Virus record (IMG/VR): IMGVR_UViG_3300027659_000020
Span: 25,557 to 89,556 of that record
Direction: 5' to 3' (one strand)
From: a virus
Length of the DNA: 64,000 nucleotides
A model generated the notes under the pieces. The model saw nothing but the letters and a program-made list of their open reading frames with translations, searched no databases and was not told the origin of the DNA. Each line of letters opens with the position of its first letter. The first letter of the stretch is position 1. A program made the translations under genes and the position numbers. This document shows positions 1 through 8,771 of the stretch, piece by piece.

Positions 1-1047
1 TGGACCATCGAGATTCAAGGCGATAAGTACCGCACAACTCATGGTCAAACTGATGGCAAGAAGCAGACTACTGAATGGACTGTAGTCACGCCCACCAACG
101 TTGGGCGCTCTAATGAGCGCGAGGGCGACCAGCAAGCCGACTTTGAGGCCCGTGCTGTCTGGAAGAAGCGTACCGAGCGGGGTTACTATGAGAATCTCAA
201 GGACATTGACAAGCCACCGTTCATTGAGCCAATGCTTGCTCAGAAGTACGAGGACCGCAAGGATGAAATCACATTCCCTCTCTGGAGTCAGCCAAAGCTA
301 GATGGAATTCGCTGTATCTGTACCCGTCAGGGTATGTTCAGCCGTAATGGCAAGAAGATTGTTTCTGCGCCACATATCTATGCATCGCTGCAGCGTTTCT
401 TTGAGAAGAATCCAGATATCACTTTGGATGGCGAGTTGTATGCCGACAAGCTTGCTAATGACTTTAATAAGATCTGCTCGCTCGTCAAGAAACAGAAGCC
501 ATCGCCCGATGAACTCGAGGAATCAAAGCAAAAGATTGAGTATCACATCTACGATGTACTTGATATTACGCTTAAGTTTTCTGAGCGCATCGATTGGCTT
601 TGGAAGAATATAACCCATGACGGGTCAATCAAGTTGGTCACCACGCATCATGTAGAGAATACCACTAAACTGGATACTCTCTATGAATTGTATCTTGCCG
701 AAAGCTTCGAAGGCCAGATGATTCGCGTAGATGCTCCTTATGAGCAGAAACGCAGCAAGAACCTTCTGAAGCGCAAGGAGTTTCAGGATGCTGAGTATCG
801 TATCGTCGGTATTGGCGAGGGCCTCGGTAACCGATCATCTATGGCTGGATATGCAATCATGGAAAATAAAGACGGCACTAGTTTCCGATCAAATATCAAA
901 GGTACCCATGAGTTCCTGACAGAACTTTGGAAAAACCGTTCCAGCGAAGAAGTTATGGGCGCATACGCTACCGTCCAGTTCTTTAACCTAACTCCAGATG
1001 GAGTTCCACGCTTTCCGTATATCACTGCAATCCGGAATTACGAATAA
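1..1047 (+). CDS. ATP-dependent DNA ligase (T4 gp30-like), 5'-truncated
   Basis: Frame is open from base 1 (WTIEIQGDKYRTTHG...EPMLAQKY). Motifs PKLDGIR (KxDG), LDGELY, EGQMIR, LLKRK and C-terminal GVPRFP. Confidence 0.95.
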   Translation, partial: WTIEIQGDKYRTTHGQTDGKKQTTEWTVVTPTNVGRSNEREGDQQADFEARAVWKKRTERGYYENLKDIDKPPFIEPMLAQKYEDRKDEITFPLWSQPKLDGIRCICTRQGMFSRNGKKIVSAPHIYASLQRFFEKNPDITLDGELYADKLANDFNKICSLVKKQKPSPDELEESKQKIEYHIYDVLDITLKFSERIDWLWKNITHDGSIKLVTTHHVENTTKLDTLYELYLAESFEGQMIRVDAPYEQKRSKNLLKRKEFQDAEYRIVGIGEGLGNRSSMAGYAIMENKDGTSFRSNIKGTHEFLTELWKNRSSEEVMGAYATVQFFNLTPDGVPRFPYITAIRNYE

Positions 1048-1053
1048 GAAACC

Positions 1054-1081
1054 TTGCATTCTATCATACTCTCAATAAGAT
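1054..1081 (+). promoter_or_regulatory. sigma70/T4-early-like promoter
   Basis: TTGCAT-16bp-TAAGAT just upstream of ATG 1089; same geometry as other promoters in the window. Confidence 0.45.
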
Positions 1082-1088
1082 CTATACT

Positions 1089-1331
1089 ATGACTAACGAT
1101 AATCCTATCACCGACACGCCCTCAATTACTAAACAGGATGTCTTTCGCCCTGAAATGATTCGACTTGTCTCTATGGAAGATATCAACTACGCTAAGAGCG
1201 CATTATATGCTGCGCTCTTAAAGCGCGATCTTCATTTTGCCTCTGTTGAGGAAGACGATAAATTCCATGATAGCTTGAGCTTGTTCCTCGAAGAAAGCTT
1301 TAACTGGCCTGACTATAATAACTTTAATTAA
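1089..1331 (+). CDS. hypothetical protein
   Basis: 80-aa ORF downstream of a promoter-like motif. Confidence 0.7.
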   Translation: MTNDNPITDTPSITKQDVFRPEMIRLVSMEDINYAKSALYAALLKRDLHFASVEEDDKFHDSLSLFLEESFNWPDYNNFN

Positions 1332-1386
1332 AACTAGACTTATTATAATAATTTTATCACAGCTATAACAGTTTTAACTAATATAT

Positions 1387-1599
1387 ATGAAAATGAAAAT
1401 GGAAATTGACGGAGACACAGCGGATCGGATCGTGATTTGTTCTCTTGCAGATAGTATGGCTAATCTTAAGGAAGATATAGCTCAGCTCAAACGTAAGAAG
1501 AAACTTATGGCTTATGAAAAAGAGACTATGGCGGATTGTGTTCATAATCTCCATGCTATGGAATTAGTATATGATTACTTTGGAGGAAATCTAAAATGA
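1387..1599 (+). CDS. hypothetical protein
   Basis: 70-aa ORF with ATGA overlap into the next gene. Confidence 0.75.
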   Translation: MKMKMEIDGDTADRIVICSLADSMANLKEDIAQLKRKKKLMAYEKETMADCVHNLHAMELVYDYFGGNLK

Positions 1600-2213
1600 G
1601 CCCAGAACTCGATAAACAGCTTTGTGAGAAATACCCTAAGATATTTGTTAATCGTAATGCAAGCCCGCAAGAGTCATGTATGTACTGGGGGCTTGAAATT
1701 GGTGATGGCTGGTATAATCTGATCGATCTTCTTTGTGAGGCAGTGACATACACCTACAGTACAGCGGTTGAGATCGATGAGGAAGATGCCAAACGTCTCG
1801 GTATAGAAGGTTATGCCTTGGGCGGCGACACTCAAAAGCGATACTTTTTTAATGTCAAAGCTCCTCAGGTTATAGCTGATCAAGTGAAGGAGAAGTTTGG
1901 AACACTTCGCTTTTACCACCATTTAGAGTACGATCCGCAGAACCTTGAGTTAGTCAAGTCCGGCAAGTATCCGAAACTTGCTGAGGCCAATGATCGCTAT
2001 GCCAACTATATCGATGGCATCGTTCATTTTGCAGATATTGCATCCGCTCATTTTTGTGAAGTATCTGGTTCTCGAGGCGAACTTCATAAGCGAGGCGGCA
2101 AGGGAGGCGGCGGCTGGTTCAAAACGCTTAGCAAAGAGGTCGTAGAGCAAGAAGAAACGCTTAAAGGCTATAAGACTACTATTACCGAAGTAAAGAAAGA
2201 TATCATACCATGA
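1596..2213 (+). CDS. conserved phage hypothetical protein
   Basis: GDGWYNLI...QVKEKFGTLRFY...CEVSG pattern typical of a widespread phage family; ATGA-coupled at both ends. Confidence 0.8.
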   Translation: MSPELDKQLCEKYPKIFVNRNASPQESCMYWGLEIGDGWYNLIDLLCEAVTYTYSTAVEIDEEDAKRLGIEGYALGGDTQKRYFFNVKAPQVIADQVKEKFGTLRFYHHLEYDPQNLELVKSGKYPKLAEANDRYANYIDGIVHFADIASAHFCEVSGSRGELHKRGGKGGGGWFKTLSKEVVEQEETLKGYKTTITEVKKDIIP

Positions 2214-2419
2214 ATACTCTAAAAATTGAAAAGAAGCACATTCCAGCTATTATGACAGCCAGGCTTGTAATTGAGAGTCATCAGAAGTGCCAAGACAATC
2301 TAATAAAGCAGATTGCAAAACGCATGGGCGTAAAGACGGCAGAGGAAGAAGAAATCCTCTGGGACTATATTTGCAATGATAGCGAATGGATGGTCGAGAT
2401 TGTGCAAGATACTAAATAG
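2210..2419 (+). CDS. hypothetical protein
   Basis: 69-aa ORF with ATGA overlap. Confidence 0.7.
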   Translation: MNTLKIEKKHIPAIMTARLVIESHQKCQDNLIKQIAKRMGVKTAEEEEILWDYICNDSEWMVEIVQDTK

Positions 2420-2426
2420 ATCACAT

Positions 2427-2762
2427 ATGAGTGATTACCGCGATCCATCTATCATCTGGCAAGAGTTCCGTCAGGAGCTTGATACACTCAAAGCTGAGAA
2501 TGCTTCTTTACAAAAAGAAGTCACCGATCTTAAGCAACAGCAGCCAAAATATCCAGAAGGAGTTGATGCCGAAACGATGGACGCACTTGCCGAGCTTGAT
2601 GCTGATTTAGCTATCAATAGCGATCAGGAAGGTGCCAAGAAACAATTGTTGGGATTACTCGATGACCTCGAGGAAATGATCGGATCCCTTAATGCTGGCA
2701 CGGGCATGGGCTTAAAAGTGCCAGACAAACTTAACGAGATCAGAAATTCACTAACTGCATGA
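2427..2762 (+). CDS. hypothetical coiled-coil protein
   Basis: Likely start MSDYRDPS at 2427, after a CTAAATA late-promoter-like motif; heptad pattern. Confidence 0.65.
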   Translation: MSDYRDPSIIWQEFRQELDTLKAENASLQKEVTDLKQQQPKYPEGVDAETMDALAELDADLAINSDQEGAKKQLLGLLDDLEEMIGSLNAGTGMGLKVPDKLNEIRNSLTA

Positions 2763-2918
2763 CCAATGGAAAAGGATCTAAGCCTCGACCCCTTTCAGTT
2801 CCGTTTGATGCTTTTGCGTCTAACTGGGAAAGAATATTTGCGCCGAAAGAAGAAACGTCTGCTATTTCGGTACCACACACAAACACACAGACACCACAGA
2901 AAAAGAAAAGGAAATCAT

Positions 2919-3161
2919 ATGAACCAATGCAACGGTAAAAACGCCTACGAGATTCGTCTCGAGGTTCTCAGTATCGCAGTCAGCCAAGCTGACGGCGCAT
3001 ACTACAATCAGGTTGATCTTGCCCGCACCACTGCAGGTGAAGGCAAAGTATACCAGCTGCCAGAGGATAAGCGCACCCGCGAAGCACTCAAGACTGCCAA
3101 GAAGCTTTATGCTTTTGTAGAAGGCGAAGGTAGAGATTCTGACTCAGAAGGCGCAGAATAA
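2919..3161 (+). CDS. conserved T4-like phage hypothetical protein (NAYEIRLEVL motif)
   Basis: AAGGAAA 5 nt before ATG 2919. The upstream extension to 2766 is low-complexity and probably not coding. Confidence 0.7.
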   Translation: MNQCNGKNAYEIRLEVLSIAVSQADGAYYNQVDLARTTAGEGKVYQLPEDKRTREALKTAKKLYAFVEGEGRDSDSEGAE

Positions 3162-3181
3162 TCTGCGCTAGTTTATAGATC

Positions 3182-3221
3182 ATTGATGGCCAATGCCTTA
3201 TAATAGGTGTTGGCCATCAAT
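3182..3221. terminator. stem-loop, probable terminator
   Basis: ATTGATGGCCAA-TGCCT-tataat-AGGTG-TTGGCCATCAAT inverted repeat after the stop at 3161. Confidence 0.6.
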
Positions 3222-3232
3222 ACTTTACGCTA

Positions 3233-3260
3233 TTTACATTTTCTGCGTATTTGTTAGGAT
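3233..3260 (+). promoter_or_regulatory. T4-early-like promoter
   Basis: TTTACA-16bp-TAGGAT with a TGn extended -10. Confidence 0.55.
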
Positions 3261-3316
3261 TGTGGCATGATTGATACTAACCACCGTTTTACTTCTGAGC
3301 AATAACTAATTTTATT

Positions 3317-3532
3317 ATGAATACTGAATCCGATACCATCAATATTGAATCTCATACTTCCGGCGAAAATTACCGGAAATTTCTACAAAGCATAGCTGAC
3401 GATGTTAAACGCACATCAATTGAAATTGGAATTACGCCATCCGATGCTCTACAGAATATCATTGAATGCATTCATGAAGATGCTGAAGAACTTATCCAGT
3501 TGTCAATTGACAATATTAACGAATTTAACTAA
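3317..3532 (+). CDS. hypothetical protein
   Basis: 71-aa acidic ORF. Confidence 0.65.
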   Translation: MNTESDTINIESHTSGENYRKFLQSIADDVKRTSIEIGITPSDALQNIIECIHEDAEELIQLSIDNINEFN

Positions 3533-3684
3533 TGAACGATCTCATCCTCAACATTCGATACATCAAGTGGCATCTTCAAATCACCGAAGGATTTCGGGTT
3601 CGAATCTTTCGCAATGATTATCACTGCTGGTCAGTTAAACCAATTGTAAAAGTCTATCAATTTGGAGAATACTTCTCCGGATGA
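3532..3684 (+). CDS. small hypothetical protein (50 aa)
   Basis: TAATG overlap with the previous stop; MNDLILNIRYIKWHLQITEGF...GEYFSG. Not in the ORF track. Confidence 0.5.
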   Translation: MNDLILNIRYIKWHLQITEGFRVRIFRNDYHCWSVKPIVKVYQFGEYFSG

Positions 3685-3713
3685 ACCGGTAAGAATAACG
3701 GCAAGGATAGCAA

Positions 3714-4703
3714 CTACGCAGATGGTAAAGTTGTAGGCGGAGGTGCCAATGGTGGCGCTTCCGCCTTTTTCTTGGCAAAATGCGGGCGGCCTTTTGGATC
3801 AAGCAACACCATCGCAAGTACTCCCAATCCCATTACTGTGGCAACAACCCAGAATGGGATAGTAGCAGCTACATAAGACAGTCCGAGCATTGAAATACCA
3901 GAAATAATGAATGTTGGTGACTTCATTAAGAAGCCCACGAGCAAGAGCAAAACTCCTACTGCAAGTAACGACTTGACGATCCATCCGACCATCTCTAGAC
4001 GTTGCTTTTCCTTTGCGATCTCAACAGCATCCCGAGCTTCCTTGAGCATACGCTCGCGCACGACAGCCTGTTCTTCCTGAAGTTTATTGAGCGCGATAGC
4101 CTGATCGTTGCGCAGCTTTGATTTCTCAGCTTCTTTCTTTTTGACTGAAGCATCAGCTTCCTCATAGCGTTTAGCTGCAGCCTGAGCTTCCTTGGCGCGT
4201 GTCTCGTAAATCTTAGCGATTTCAGCTGCTTCCTTTTTTGCGGCAGCATCGATGTCAGCAGCAATTGCTTTCTTTCTATCCTCCGGCACGGGCATGAGCA
4301 TTTCTGCATTTTCCTTAGACTTCAGATTTGCAATCAGCACGCGTTTGTCGAGCCCAACGACTTCCTCAGTTGCAACCATAATACCATAGTTGATCTCAGA
4401 GATCTTGTCAAAGTTCTCGTTATCCACCTTCTCACGATTTGCATATGCTGCAGCAAGTTCTTGGCGAAACTTTTCATACTGTGCCTCAAGCGCTTTGCGT
4501 GCATCTGACTCACGACGAGCAATTTCTGTCATCCTATCAACAGCGCCAGCAGTAGCTGTAGCACCTGCTACTGTGCCCGAGGTATCCCCGCCTTTATTGT
4601 TCAATCTGTCGCCCAGACTACCTATCTTGCTACCCAGGCCCATCATCATTTGACATCCTGTAAGCAGCGCCAGCATAGGTAATACTATAAGCAATCGCTT
4701 CAT
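3714..4703 (-). CDS. lipoprotein with long coiled coil and C-terminal transmembrane helices (candidate unimolecular spanin-like)
   Basis: Lipobox LLTG-C17, roughly 180 aa Ala/Glu/Lys helical region, 2-3 hydrophobic helices, TATAAATA immediately upstream. Confidence 0.75.
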   Translation of the reverse strand: MKRLLIVLPMLALLTGCQMMMGLGSKIGSLGDRLNNKGGDTSGTVAGATATAGAVDRMTEIARRESDARKALEAQYEKFRQELAAAYANREKVDNENFDKISEINYGIMVATEEVVGLDKRVLIANLKSKENAEMLMPVPEDRKKAIAADIDAAAKKEAAEIAKIYETRAKEAQAAAKRYEEADASVKKKEAEKSKLRNDQAIALNKLQEEQAVVRERMLKEARDAVEIAKEKQRLEMVGWIVKSLLAVGVLLLLVGFLMKSPTFIISGISMLGLSYVAATIPFWVVATVMGLGVLAMVLLDPKGRPHFAKKKAEAPPLAPPPTTLPSA

Positions 4704-4710
4704 TTGTTCC

Positions 4711-4718
4711 TATTTATA
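4711..4718 (-). promoter_or_regulatory. T4 late promoter TATAAATA
   Basis: Exact consensus on the minus strand, 7 nt before ATG 4703. Confidence 0.75.
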
Positions 4719-4745
4719 CTTAGTTAGGTGCCAAGTCATGATTGC

Positions 4746-4753
4746 TATAAATA
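4746..4753 (+). promoter_or_regulatory. T4 late promoter TATAAATA
   Basis: Exact consensus, 8 nt before ATG 4762. Confidence 0.75.
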
Positions 4754-4761
4754 GCAATACT

Positions 4762-5016
4762 ATGGTATCACCAATTCTAAAAGTACTAGGCCAAGAAGTT
4801 GCTGTCGGCACTGGCGGTAATAATTTCAACGGAAGCACTCTCATCAGAGTATACAATAACACTGCTTCGGATGTTTCGGTTCTTGTAAAAGATGCTGAAG
4901 CAGTTACTACTGGTAGTTTTACCCTTCGTTCATACGAAACGGTATTTGTCAGAAAACTACCAGCAGAAAGCATGTTTAGTACCGCTACCATCCGCATGGT
5001 TCCTATTGCTTTCTAA
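4762..5016 (+). CDS. small beta-rich late protein
   Basis: Start MVSPILK placed after the late promoter. Confidence 0.7.
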   Translation: MVSPILKVLGQEVAVGTGGNNFNGSTLIRVYNNTASDVSVLVKDAEAVTTGSFTLRSYETVFVRKLPAESMFSTATIRMVPIAF

Positions 5017-5019
5017 TAT

Positions 5020-5610
5020 ATGTCCGCTGATAAGAATTACGAATCCCATGTTGCAGCAATTGGCACAGTAGTCGAGGGCCGAGCAATTCCTCAGATTGGG
5101 GTTAGCCCGCTCGATTACTCAGACATTCTGAAGTTTTCAAACTGCACCAATATCCTGGTCAATAGATGCACCATTCAGGGCGGCAAGGAAGACTGCATCG
5201 ATGCAGTGCGCGGATCAAACTATACTATTATGAATACCAAGCTGATTCCAAGTCAAAATGGAATCACGCTTAAAGGATCTATTGATGGGGCGCTAATCGA
5301 AAACGTAGAGTTCGATGGGCACGGAGCGGATTGCGACATTGACATCGGCCAGTTTGATAATTACTGGTGGACTGGCCGAGCGCCCACGCGCAATGTGGTA
5401 ATCCGAAATGTCTACTGTGCAAATGGTTCTCCGATAAAGGTTCGCCTATGGGATGCTGCTAATCCAGTAATCGAAAAATCGAATGTCCAGATTATTCGTG
5501 TTCCAAAGATTATCTGGTGGCCATACTTTGTATTCCGCGCTGCTCAGACTCGTGGAATTAGGAATGTCGCTAAGCCAGTCAATCCAACTATGTTTATCAC
5601 TACCAAGTAA
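5020..5610 (+). CDS. right-handed parallel beta-helix (pectin-lyase-like fold) protein
   Basis: Repeated N-x-(V/I)-x-(N/R)-x-(T/V)-I strands and EDCIDAVRGSNYTI. Confidence 0.65.
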   Translation: MSADKNYESHVAAIGTVVEGRAIPQIGVSPLDYSDILKFSNCTNILVNRCTIQGGKEDCIDAVRGSNYTIMNTKLIPSQNGITLKGSIDGALIENVEFDGHGADCDIDIGQFDNYWWTGRAPTRNVVIRNVYCANGSPIKVRLWDAANPVIEKSNVQIIRVPKIIWWPYFVFRAAQTRGIRNVAKPVNPTMFITTK

Positions 5611-5768
5611 TGCAATCGCCTGAGGAAAAGAAGAATTGGAAGTATGCTCTTGATTCGATTGGTAATCGAATCTGGTGTAATACAGATATGTACCTCGCAA
5701 TGACGTGTGGCGGTATATGCGGATTTTGGCTTGGAATGATTGTCTGGATACTCGTCAAGCATAGATAA
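5610..5768 (+). CDS. small single-pass membrane protein (52 aa)
   Basis: TAATG overlap; MQSPEEKKNW...LAMTCGGICGFWLGMIVWILVKHR. Fills the gap between neighbours exactly. Confidence 0.55.
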   Translation: MQSPEEKKNWKYALDSIGNRIWCNTDMYLAMTCGGICGFWLGMIVWILVKHR

Positions 5769-5770
5769 AA

Positions 5771-6031
5771 ATGGCTGCTGCACCGAAAGACTTATTTGAC
5801 TTCGGATTCACTGCAGTAGCAGAGCAAGATCTTGATGCCACGAAGCAAGTTGATGTGGCATACAAGCAAGCTGCAAAACACGAGGACAAGCTCGCCAAAC
5901 TATATGATGCGATCCTTCCTTTGCTGCAGAATTTAAAGAAGAATCCTGAGAAGGAATACATTAAATGGCCTAACCGAGTGAAGAAGGTCGAAGAATTTGA
6001 GAAGATGATTTCGGAGATTGTCAATGGATGA
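5771..6031 (+). CDS. conserved T4-like hypothetical protein
   Basis: FDFGFTAV...LPLLQNLKKNPEKEYIKWPNR motif. Confidence 0.8.
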   Translation: MAAAPKDLFDFGFTAVAEQDLDATKQVDVAYKQAAKHEDKLAKLYDAILPLLQNLKKNPEKEYIKWPNRVKKVEEFEKMISEIVNG

Positions 6032-6312
6032 ATCTAGATACATTCAAATCAATCATGGATCTGGGCTTCTCAGTTGCAGCCGTGACTGTTGGCGGCGTTT
6101 TCATTGTTATCCTACTTAAGTATATTTTGGCAGGAGTTGTTTCTGATGTAAAGTCTATCAGCGGTCTAGCAGGAATGCTGAATAACCGCGTGCGCACAAT
6201 GAACAACGATCTGGTCCGGATCGATGCTCTAATTTCTTCTCGATTTGGGTTGCGCGTCGATCTTGAGCGGCTATCGCGCACTGATGGCAAGACCGATGCT
6301 CGAAAGGACTGA
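6028..6312 (+). CDS. membrane-anchored coiled-coil protein A
   Basis: N-terminal TM (LGFSVAAVTVGGVFIVILLKYIL) followed by NRVRTMNNDLVRID. Confidence 0.8.
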   Translation: MNLDTFKSIMDLGFSVAAVTVGGVFIVILLKYILAGVVSDVKSISGLAGMLNNRVRTMNNDLVRIDALISSRFGLRVDLERLSRTDGKTDARKD

Positions 6313-6317
6313 CCGTG

Positions 6318-6656
6318 ATGGAGGAGATCAATACATTCAAGACGATGGTCAACCAGTATGGCCTACCGATTATGGCAGCTGGTGGAATGGGCTACTTTAT
6401 TTACTTTGTCTGGAAATTTGTAACTGAGAATATCAATGTAGAGCTCTCGAACGCGAAGAAAATAATGATTGAGCTAATCGATAGAATTAGAATGCTAGAT
6501 AACGATTTAATACGTCTCGAGCAGAAGATCAATACTGCTATCGAGGTTAAACGTGTAGAGAATCCGCTTAAAGCTAACCCCGAACGGCCTGCTGGAACAA
6601 CTTCGCCATTTAATCTACCTCCTACCGATGGACAATCACAGCCGAAACAGCTATAA
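6318..6656 (+). CDS. membrane-anchored coiled-coil protein B (paralog of A)
   Basis: TM YGLPIMAAGGMGYFIYFVWKFV followed by DRIRMLDNDLIRLE. Confidence 0.8.
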   Translation: MEEINTFKTMVNQYGLPIMAAGGMGYFIYFVWKFVTENINVELSNAKKIMIELIDRIRMLDNDLIRLEQKINTAIEVKRVENPLKANPERPAGTTSPFNLPPTDGQSQPKQL

Positions 6657-7137
6657 GGCCGCCGATACTGGATTCCTATTACTAGTAGGAATTTTGCTAT
6701 TCCTGTGTGTATTGCAGTCGTGTGGCCGGGCCTCGGATATGGTACATTCATTTAAGTCGCCGGCATTTAGCGGAATTGGCTACTCCTCGCATATATTTAC
6801 TCAGGAGAATTTAGCACGCACTCGCAAGCAAACAATCAAAGATGTTGCTAAAGCAGAGGCAGAAAATCTAAAGCTTGCAAGCCAGAATACTCCTCTGAAT
6901 AGCTTCATTGTGAATCTGCAGGCGCGTATTTACTCGCAGCTTGCATCTCAGGTAACAGATCAGATCTTCAATGCATCTGGTGCAACTTTTGGTGTCATTA
7001 ACTTGCAAGGTGGATCAACAGTAACATGGAATCGAGCGGGTGACTTTGTCACTCTATACATTACTGATCCTTCCACCGGCAACATTACTTCAATTCAGGT
7101 GCCGGTAGGATCTCTATCGCCGCCTCCATCTAGCTGA
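6628..7137 (+). CDS. csgF: curli assembly protein CsgF-like
   Basis: Signal peptide, then SDMVHSFKSPAFSG (CsgF N-terminal motif), FIVNLQARIYSQLA and ITDPSTGNITSIQVPV; adjacent to csgG. Confidence 0.8.
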   Translation: MDNHSRNSYKAADTGFLLLVGILLFLCVLQSCGRASDMVHSFKSPAFSGIGYSSHIFTQENLARTRKQTIKDVAKAEAENLKLASQNTPLNSFIVNLQARIYSQLASQVTDQIFNASGATFGVINLQGGSTVTWNRAGDFVTLYITDPSTGNITSIQVPVGSLSPPPSS

Positions 7138-7946
7138 TGAAAGTAATTGCCATGAGCCTACTCGCGCTGTCTTTAGTTGGCTGCGCTTCAATACCTCGCT
7201 CGCCGAGTATTCTTGAGATGCCACGCAGCCAAGTATCTCCGCTTGAGAAGCAATTGATCGGGGTTCCACCAATTGATGGTAACCGGATCACTGTTGCTAT
7301 CTACGGTTTCGCAGATAAGACAGGTCAGCGCAAGACTCAGGATGCTTATGCTTCATTCTCATCAGCGGTCACACAAGGAGCAGATTCTTGGCTAATTGAC
7401 TCACTGCGCACTGCTGGATCAGGTAGGTGGTTTCAGGTGCTAGAGCGAACATCCTTGGACAATCTAATTAAGGAACGGCAGCTTATTGCACAGACGCGCG
7501 AGTCGTTTCTGGGCAGAGATGCTGAAAAACTTTCTCCGATGCTATTCGCCGGTATCATTGCTGAGGGCGGGATTATCGGATACGATACTAACATTTTGAC
7601 TGGAGGTGCCGGAGCTAGTCTCTTAGGTATATCCGGAAATACACAATACCGAAAAGATGTCGTGACAGTCTCCTTGAGATTTGTCTCGGTTCAGACTGGA
7701 GAAGTACTGCTTTCTGTAGCAGTTACAAAAACAATCACAAGTGTGAGCGTCTCTGGAAATCTTTTCAAGTTCTATGAACACGGTACAACGCCCGCAGAAT
7801 CTGAATTGGGCCTGACAGCTAATGAGCCGAATACTATCGCGGTTCGTAGCGCAATTGATCAGGCTGTTATAGAGATCATACATCAAGGGGCGAAGACTGG
7901 ATTATGGAAATTCGTCACGACACTACCACTAACCACAAATCCTTAA
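7137..7946 (+). CDS. csgG: curli secretion channel CsgG-like lipoprotein
   Basis: Lipobox LVGC; VAIYGFADKTGQRK, FSSAVTQGA, WFQVLERTSLDNLIKERQLI, EGGIIGYD, LRFVSVQTGEVL. Confidence 0.93.
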   Translation: MKVIAMSLLALSLVGCASIPRSPSILEMPRSQVSPLEKQLIGVPPIDGNRITVAIYGFADKTGQRKTQDAYASFSSAVTQGADSWLIDSLRTAGSGRWFQVLERTSLDNLIKERQLIAQTRESFLGRDAEKLSPMLFAGIIAEGGIIGYDTNILTGGAGASLLGISGNTQYRKDVVTVSLRFVSVQTGEVLLSVAVTKTITSVSVSGNLFKFYEHGTTPAESELGLTANEPNTIAVRSAIDQAVIEIIHQGAKTGLWKFVTTLPLTTNP

Positions 7947-7958
7947 GATAATTGCACT

Positions 7959-8771
7959 ATGAAAACTCTCATTAAGCTAATAATCGGATTTGCACTGATC
8001 GGATTGTTCCTCACCGCAGCATATGCGCAGAACCAGATCTATGTAAATCAAGTTACTACAGGCGGAAATACCACCTTAGTCCAAGTCGGAAGCCTCAATA
8101 AAGTCGGGACCTCACAAACTCCGAGTGACATCACCGGAGATAATATCGTGTTTGAAATGCGTCAGATTGGCGACAGCAATGACACCAAGTTTTCCATTGC
8201 TAGCGCAAACAACCTGAAGCTGCTTACTGTTGCTACCGGCAATAGCAATGCCCAGCAGTATTACTTCTCTGGTGCTAGCAATAATGTAAATATACTACTG
8301 AATGGAAACTCAAATAAGTTCTTACTCAACGGAGACACTACCGTGGATCACACATCGAGCACAGATACAGCTAAGGCTACCTTTACCAATTCGGACCTGT
8401 TGTTCGACGTTCAAGGTAACTCGAATGACATCCGTCTTGGAATTAGTTCAGGTAAATACAACTATCTGGACTACAAAGTCACTGGTAACTCCAATACTAT
8501 CAAATCAACTCAAATCGGAAACACGGCGGGTTCTGCTGCAAAGGCTGGCCATGAACAGACCGTTGTGCTTACCGGATCTTCCAATGACTTGACAATCTAT
8601 CAGGGCGGACTCGAAAAGCAACTGTTCAACTACACACTGGCCGGATCAACCAATACGGTGCGCATTGTGCAGACCACGACCGGTTATGCTCCGGTGATGA
8701 CTACATCCGGAACAAATGGCCCAGCAGGTCCTGCCACTACCACCAATTCAATCGTTCCTCCTTCACTTTAA
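7959..8771 (+). CDS. curlin-like (CsgA/CsgB-type) secreted beta-solenoid protein
   Basis: Signal peptide ending AYA; repeated Q-x-G-x-x-N and G-x-S-N turns at roughly 22-24 aa spacing; N/G/S/T/Q-rich; follows csgG. Confidence 0.65.
   Translation: MKTLIKLIIGFALIGLFLTAAYAQNQIYVNQVTTGGNTTLVQVGSLNKVGTSQTPSDITGDNIVFEMRQIGDSNDTKFSIASANNLKLLTVATGNSNAQQYYFSGASNNVNILLNGNSNKFLLNGDTTVDHTSSTDTAKATFTNSDLLFDVQGNSNDIRLGISSGKYNYLDYKVTGNSNTIKSTQIGNTAGSAAKAGHEQTVVLTGSSNDLTIYQGGLEKQLFNYTLAGSTNTVRIVQTTTGYAPVMTTSGTNGPAGPATTTNSIVPPSL

Noticed and set aside
2766-2918. N-terminal extension of the 2919 gene
   Set aside because: CA-rich low-complexity sequence; an SD-like motif and the family motif favour ATG 2919.
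3590-3612. GGTTCGAATC resembling a tRNA T-loop
   Set aside because: No pairing T-stem or cloverleaf; lies within a small ORF.
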